64,000 nt of DNA from Candidatus Brocadiia bacterium. Lineage in GTDB: Bacteria; Planctomycetota; Brocadiia; CAIUPP01. Of this stretch, positions 60,245 through 64,000 are shown one piece after another. How positions within the stretch are numbered: the stretch's first letter is position 1; each line of letters opens with the position of its first letter. The notes below the pieces were generated by a model. That model was given only the letters and a program-made list of their open reading frames with translations, had not been told where the DNA came from and searched no databases. The stretch lies in NCBI GenBank assembly GCA_050015075.1, contig JBEKCB010000027.1, forward strand, positions 9,426 to 73,425, in the 5' to 3' direction. The translations under genes and the position numbers were made by a program.

Positions 60245-61447
60245 ATGATCCCCGATGGAATTCTGCGCGAACTCACTGAGCAAAATGCGGCCAAGATCGT
60301 GCTGCTGGTCGCGGACGGTCTCGGCGGCGTGCCGCATGACGGGCGGACCGAGTTGGAGGCGGCGGACATCCCCTGCCTGAACAAGCTCGCGAGCGAGTCG
60401 GAATGCGGGTTGACCGACCCGATCGCCCGCGGCATCACGCCGGGCAGCGGGCCGTCGCATTTGGCGCTGTTCGGTTACGACCCCTTGCAGTACGAAATCG
60501 GCCGCGGCGTGCTCGAGGCGCTCGGCGTGGGCCTTTCGATGACCGCTCGCGACGTGGCCGCCCGGGCGAATTTCGCCACGCTCGACAAGGGGATCATCGT
60601 GGACCGCCGCGCCGGCCGCCCCGCCAGCGAGAAGAGCCGCGAGCTTTGCGCCCTGCTCTCCAAGGCGATCCCCAGGATCGGCGACGTTGAGGTCGTCATT
60701 GAGCCGGGCAAGGAGCACCGGTTCACCGTGTTGTTCCGCGGAGACGGCCTCGACGGCCGCATCGAGGACGCCGACCCGCAGAAGGACGGCCACCCGCCCG
60801 TTCTGGCCAAGCCGCTCGCCCCGGAAGCCGAGCACACCGCCGATGTCGTCAATGATTTCATCCGCATGGCGAACGAGGCGCTCGAAGGCCGCCACCCGGC
60901 GAACACCATCCTCGTGCGCGGTTTCGCCAAGTACCCGGCGATCCCGAGCATGACCGAGCGCTTCAAGCTGCAGCCGGCCTGCATCGCCACCTATCCCATG
61001 TATCGCGGCCTGGCCAAGCTGGTCGGGATGAAAATCCTGCAGCCGCGCGAGACGATCGAGGATGAGTTCAACACGCTGAGTCGCGAGTTCGAAAAGCACG
61101 ATTTTTTCTACATCCACATCAAGAAGACGGACTCCTACGGCGAGGACGGGAACTTCGACAAGAAGGTCGAGATCATCGAAGAGCTCGACCGCCAGGTCCC
61201 GACGCTGCTCGCGCTGGAGCCGGACGTCATCGTGGTCACCGGCGACCATTCCACCCCGGCGGTGCTGAAGGGCCACTCCTGGCATCCTTGCCCGTTCCTG
61301 CTCTGGTCGAAGTATTGCCGGCCGGACGGGGCATCGCGCTTCAGCGAACGGGAGTGCGCGCGCGGGTCGCTGGGGCGGTTCCCGGCTGTCGAGGCGATGG
61401 CGCTGATGCTGGCCAATGCGCAGAAGATGAAGAAGTTCGGGGCATAG
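60245..61447 (+). CDS. apgM: Cofactor-independent phosphoglycerate mutase (ApgM-type)
   Basis: ADGLGG, TPGSGPSHLALFGYDP, TDSYGEDG, TGDHSTP, GHSWHP. Confidence 0.92.
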   Translation: MIPDGILRELTEQNAAKIVLLVADGLGGVPHDGRTELEAADIPCLNKLASESECGLTDPIARGITPGSGPSHLALFGYDPLQYEIGRGVLEALGVGLSMTARDVAARANFATLDKGIIVDRRAGRPASEKSRELCALLSKAIPRIGDVEVVIEPGKEHRFTVLFRGDGLDGRIEDADPQKDGHPPVLAKPLAPEAEHTADVVNDFIRMANEALEGRHPANTILVRGFAKYPAIPSMTERFKLQPACIATYPMYRGLAKLVGMKILQPRETIEDEFNTLSREFEKHDFFYIHIKKTDSYGEDGNFDKKVEIIEELDRQVPTLLALEPDVIVVTGDHSTPAVLKGHSWHPCPFLLWSKYCRPDGASRFSERECARGSLGRFPAVEAMALMLANAQKMKKFGA

Positions 61448-61468
61448 TTCCGAGCGAGGAAGGCCGGG

Positions 61469-62371
61469 ATGGAAGTCCGCAAAATCGGAATGCGCGTCTG
61501 GTTCCATGCGACGCGGCCGTTCTCCTTTCCGGCGTCCGCGCTCGGCGTGCTGGTCGGCACGGCGGCCGCCGCGCCGATCTCACATTGGCGATGGGGCGTC
61601 CTCGCCGCCGAACTCGTCGCCGTGGTCGCCATGCACGCCATCGCCAACCTGCTGAACGACTACTTCGACTACCGTTCCGGCGTGGACCACCGCACCGAGC
61701 TTGACGAGGGCCGGCCCGGCCGCTTCCTCGTGAAGAACATCCTCCTGCCCAGAGACGTCCTAAAGCTCGTGTTCGTGCTCTCCTTGGTGATTGCGCCGCT
61801 GGGCGCCTTTCTGATCTGGACCGGCGGCTGGCCTGCGGTCGCCATTGCCGCGACGGGAATATTCCTGGGCTACGCCTATACCGGTCCGCCGTTTGCCTTC
61901 AAGTATCATCGTCTCGGCGAGCTGTGCATCTTCATCGTCTACGGGCCGGCCATCGTGGTCGGCGCGGGATACATGCAGGCGCGGCGTCTGACGCCGGAGA
62001 TGTTCCTGTATTCCATCCCGCTCGGGATGCTGATCACCGCCATCGTGTCGGCGAACTTCCTCAGGGACCTGGAGGAGGACAGCCACGGAGGGATTCGGAC
62101 GCTGGCCCGCGCCCTGGGCCGGAAGCTCTATGTGCCGTTCTACCTGGCGCTCATGTTCCTTCCCGCGCCCTTCGTCGTCGCGATGGTCCTCGCGAAAGCC
62201 GCGCCCGCCTGGCTGCTCCTCAGCCTGCTGGCGCTGCCCGCAGGACTCGTGCCCGCGCGCTTCGCCCTGCGCAACCTCCGCCGCCCCGACGCAGACGCGC
62301 TGACCGCGAAATACATGACCGTCTTCGGCGGCTTGATCTTCCTGGCGCTGATCCTGGCCGGAGCACGCTGA
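61469..62371 (+). CDS. UbiA-family prenyltransferase, MenA-like
   Basis: RPFSF, NLLNDYFDY..GVD, YTGPP..FKY, ANFLRDLEED. Confidence 0.85.
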   Translation: MEVRKIGMRVWFHATRPFSFPASALGVLVGTAAAAPISHWRWGVLAAELVAVVAMHAIANLLNDYFDYRSGVDHRTELDEGRPGRFLVKNILLPRDVLKLVFVLSLVIAPLGAFLIWTGGWPAVAIAATGIFLGYAYTGPPFAFKYHRLGELCIFIVYGPAIVVGAGYMQARRLTPEMFLYSIPLGMLITAIVSANFLRDLEEDSHGGIRTLARALGRKLYVPFYLALMFLPAPFVVAMVLAKAAPAWLLLSLLALPAGLVPARFALRNLRRPDADALTAKYMTVFGGLIFLALILAGAR

Positions 62372-62483
62372 TGCCGATTCGCCGTTCAACAAGCCGTTCG
62401 GAATCTCAGCCCGCGCTGGAAAAAGGTGTGCGCTCCCGGAATGATCTCATGGGCAGTCTTGGTGAAACAGGAAAGGATCCCCG

Positions 62484-62798
62484 ATGATTCGCAAGGCATT
62501 CGTCATGTCAGTCGCTGCAGGCTCGGAAGCGGAATACCAGCATCGCCACAACCCCGTCTGGCCGGAAATGCAGCAGGTTCTCAAGTCCCACGGCGTCCAC
62601 AACTACTCCATCTTCCTGCACCCGGAAACGCGCCAGCTCTTCGCGTACGTGGAGGTCGAAGACGAGCAACGCTGGAAGGCCATCGCGCAGACGCCCGTCT
62701 GCCGCAAGTGGTGGGCGCACATGAAGGACATCATGCCCGCCAATCCCGACAACAGTCCGAAGTCGCTCGAATTGAAAGAGGTCTTTCACCTCGATTGA
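62484..62798 (+). CDS. rhaM: L-rhamnose mutarotase
   Basis: [39 protein letters not shown]. Confidence 0.93.
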   Translation: MIRKAFVMSVAAGSEAEYQHRHNPVWPEMQQVLKSHGVHNYSIFLHPETRQLFAYVEVEDEQRWKAIAQTPVCRKWWAHMKDIMPANPDNSPKSLELKEVFHLD

Positions 62799-62829
62799 TC
62801 GAAGAGGCGCGGACGGCAGTCGGCAATAA

Positions 62830-64000
<1,171 letters not shown>

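Noticed and set aside
62484-62798. Isolated rhaM as sign of a rhamnose catabolic island
   Set aside because: No other rha genes nearby; scattered sugar genes are unremarkable

Overview
High-GC bacterial chromosomal segment, most likely Planctomycetota (inferred from the EF-Tu switch I '[16 protein letters not shown]', RpoB '[15 protein letters not shown]' and the absence of rpmD). Most of the window is the minus-strand translation/transcription supercluster: tRNAs-tuf-rpmG-tRNA-Trp-secE-nusG-rplKAJL-rpoB-rpoC-rpsLG-fusA, then the S10, spc and alpha operons. It is flanked by prs-rplY-pth-rpsF-ssb-rpsR-rplI-dnaB on the left and ffh-rpsP-trmD-rplS-yraN, plsC-rpsA-sigma and housekeeping genes on the right. 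The standout feature is two full-length, strongly diverged rpoB paralogs with only one rpoC and one rpoA. One rpoB sits in the canonical rplL-rpoC slot and the other is appended to the alpha operon after rplQ. The alpha-operon copy carries substitutions at rifamycin-pocket residues (E. coli numbering D516E, S522H, R529K, R687K), and the two copies differ in the flap-tip helix, suggesting two RNA polymerase core isoforms. No CRISPR array, rRNA or transposase was seen. All calls are from reading the sequence and recalled family motifs; no searches were run.
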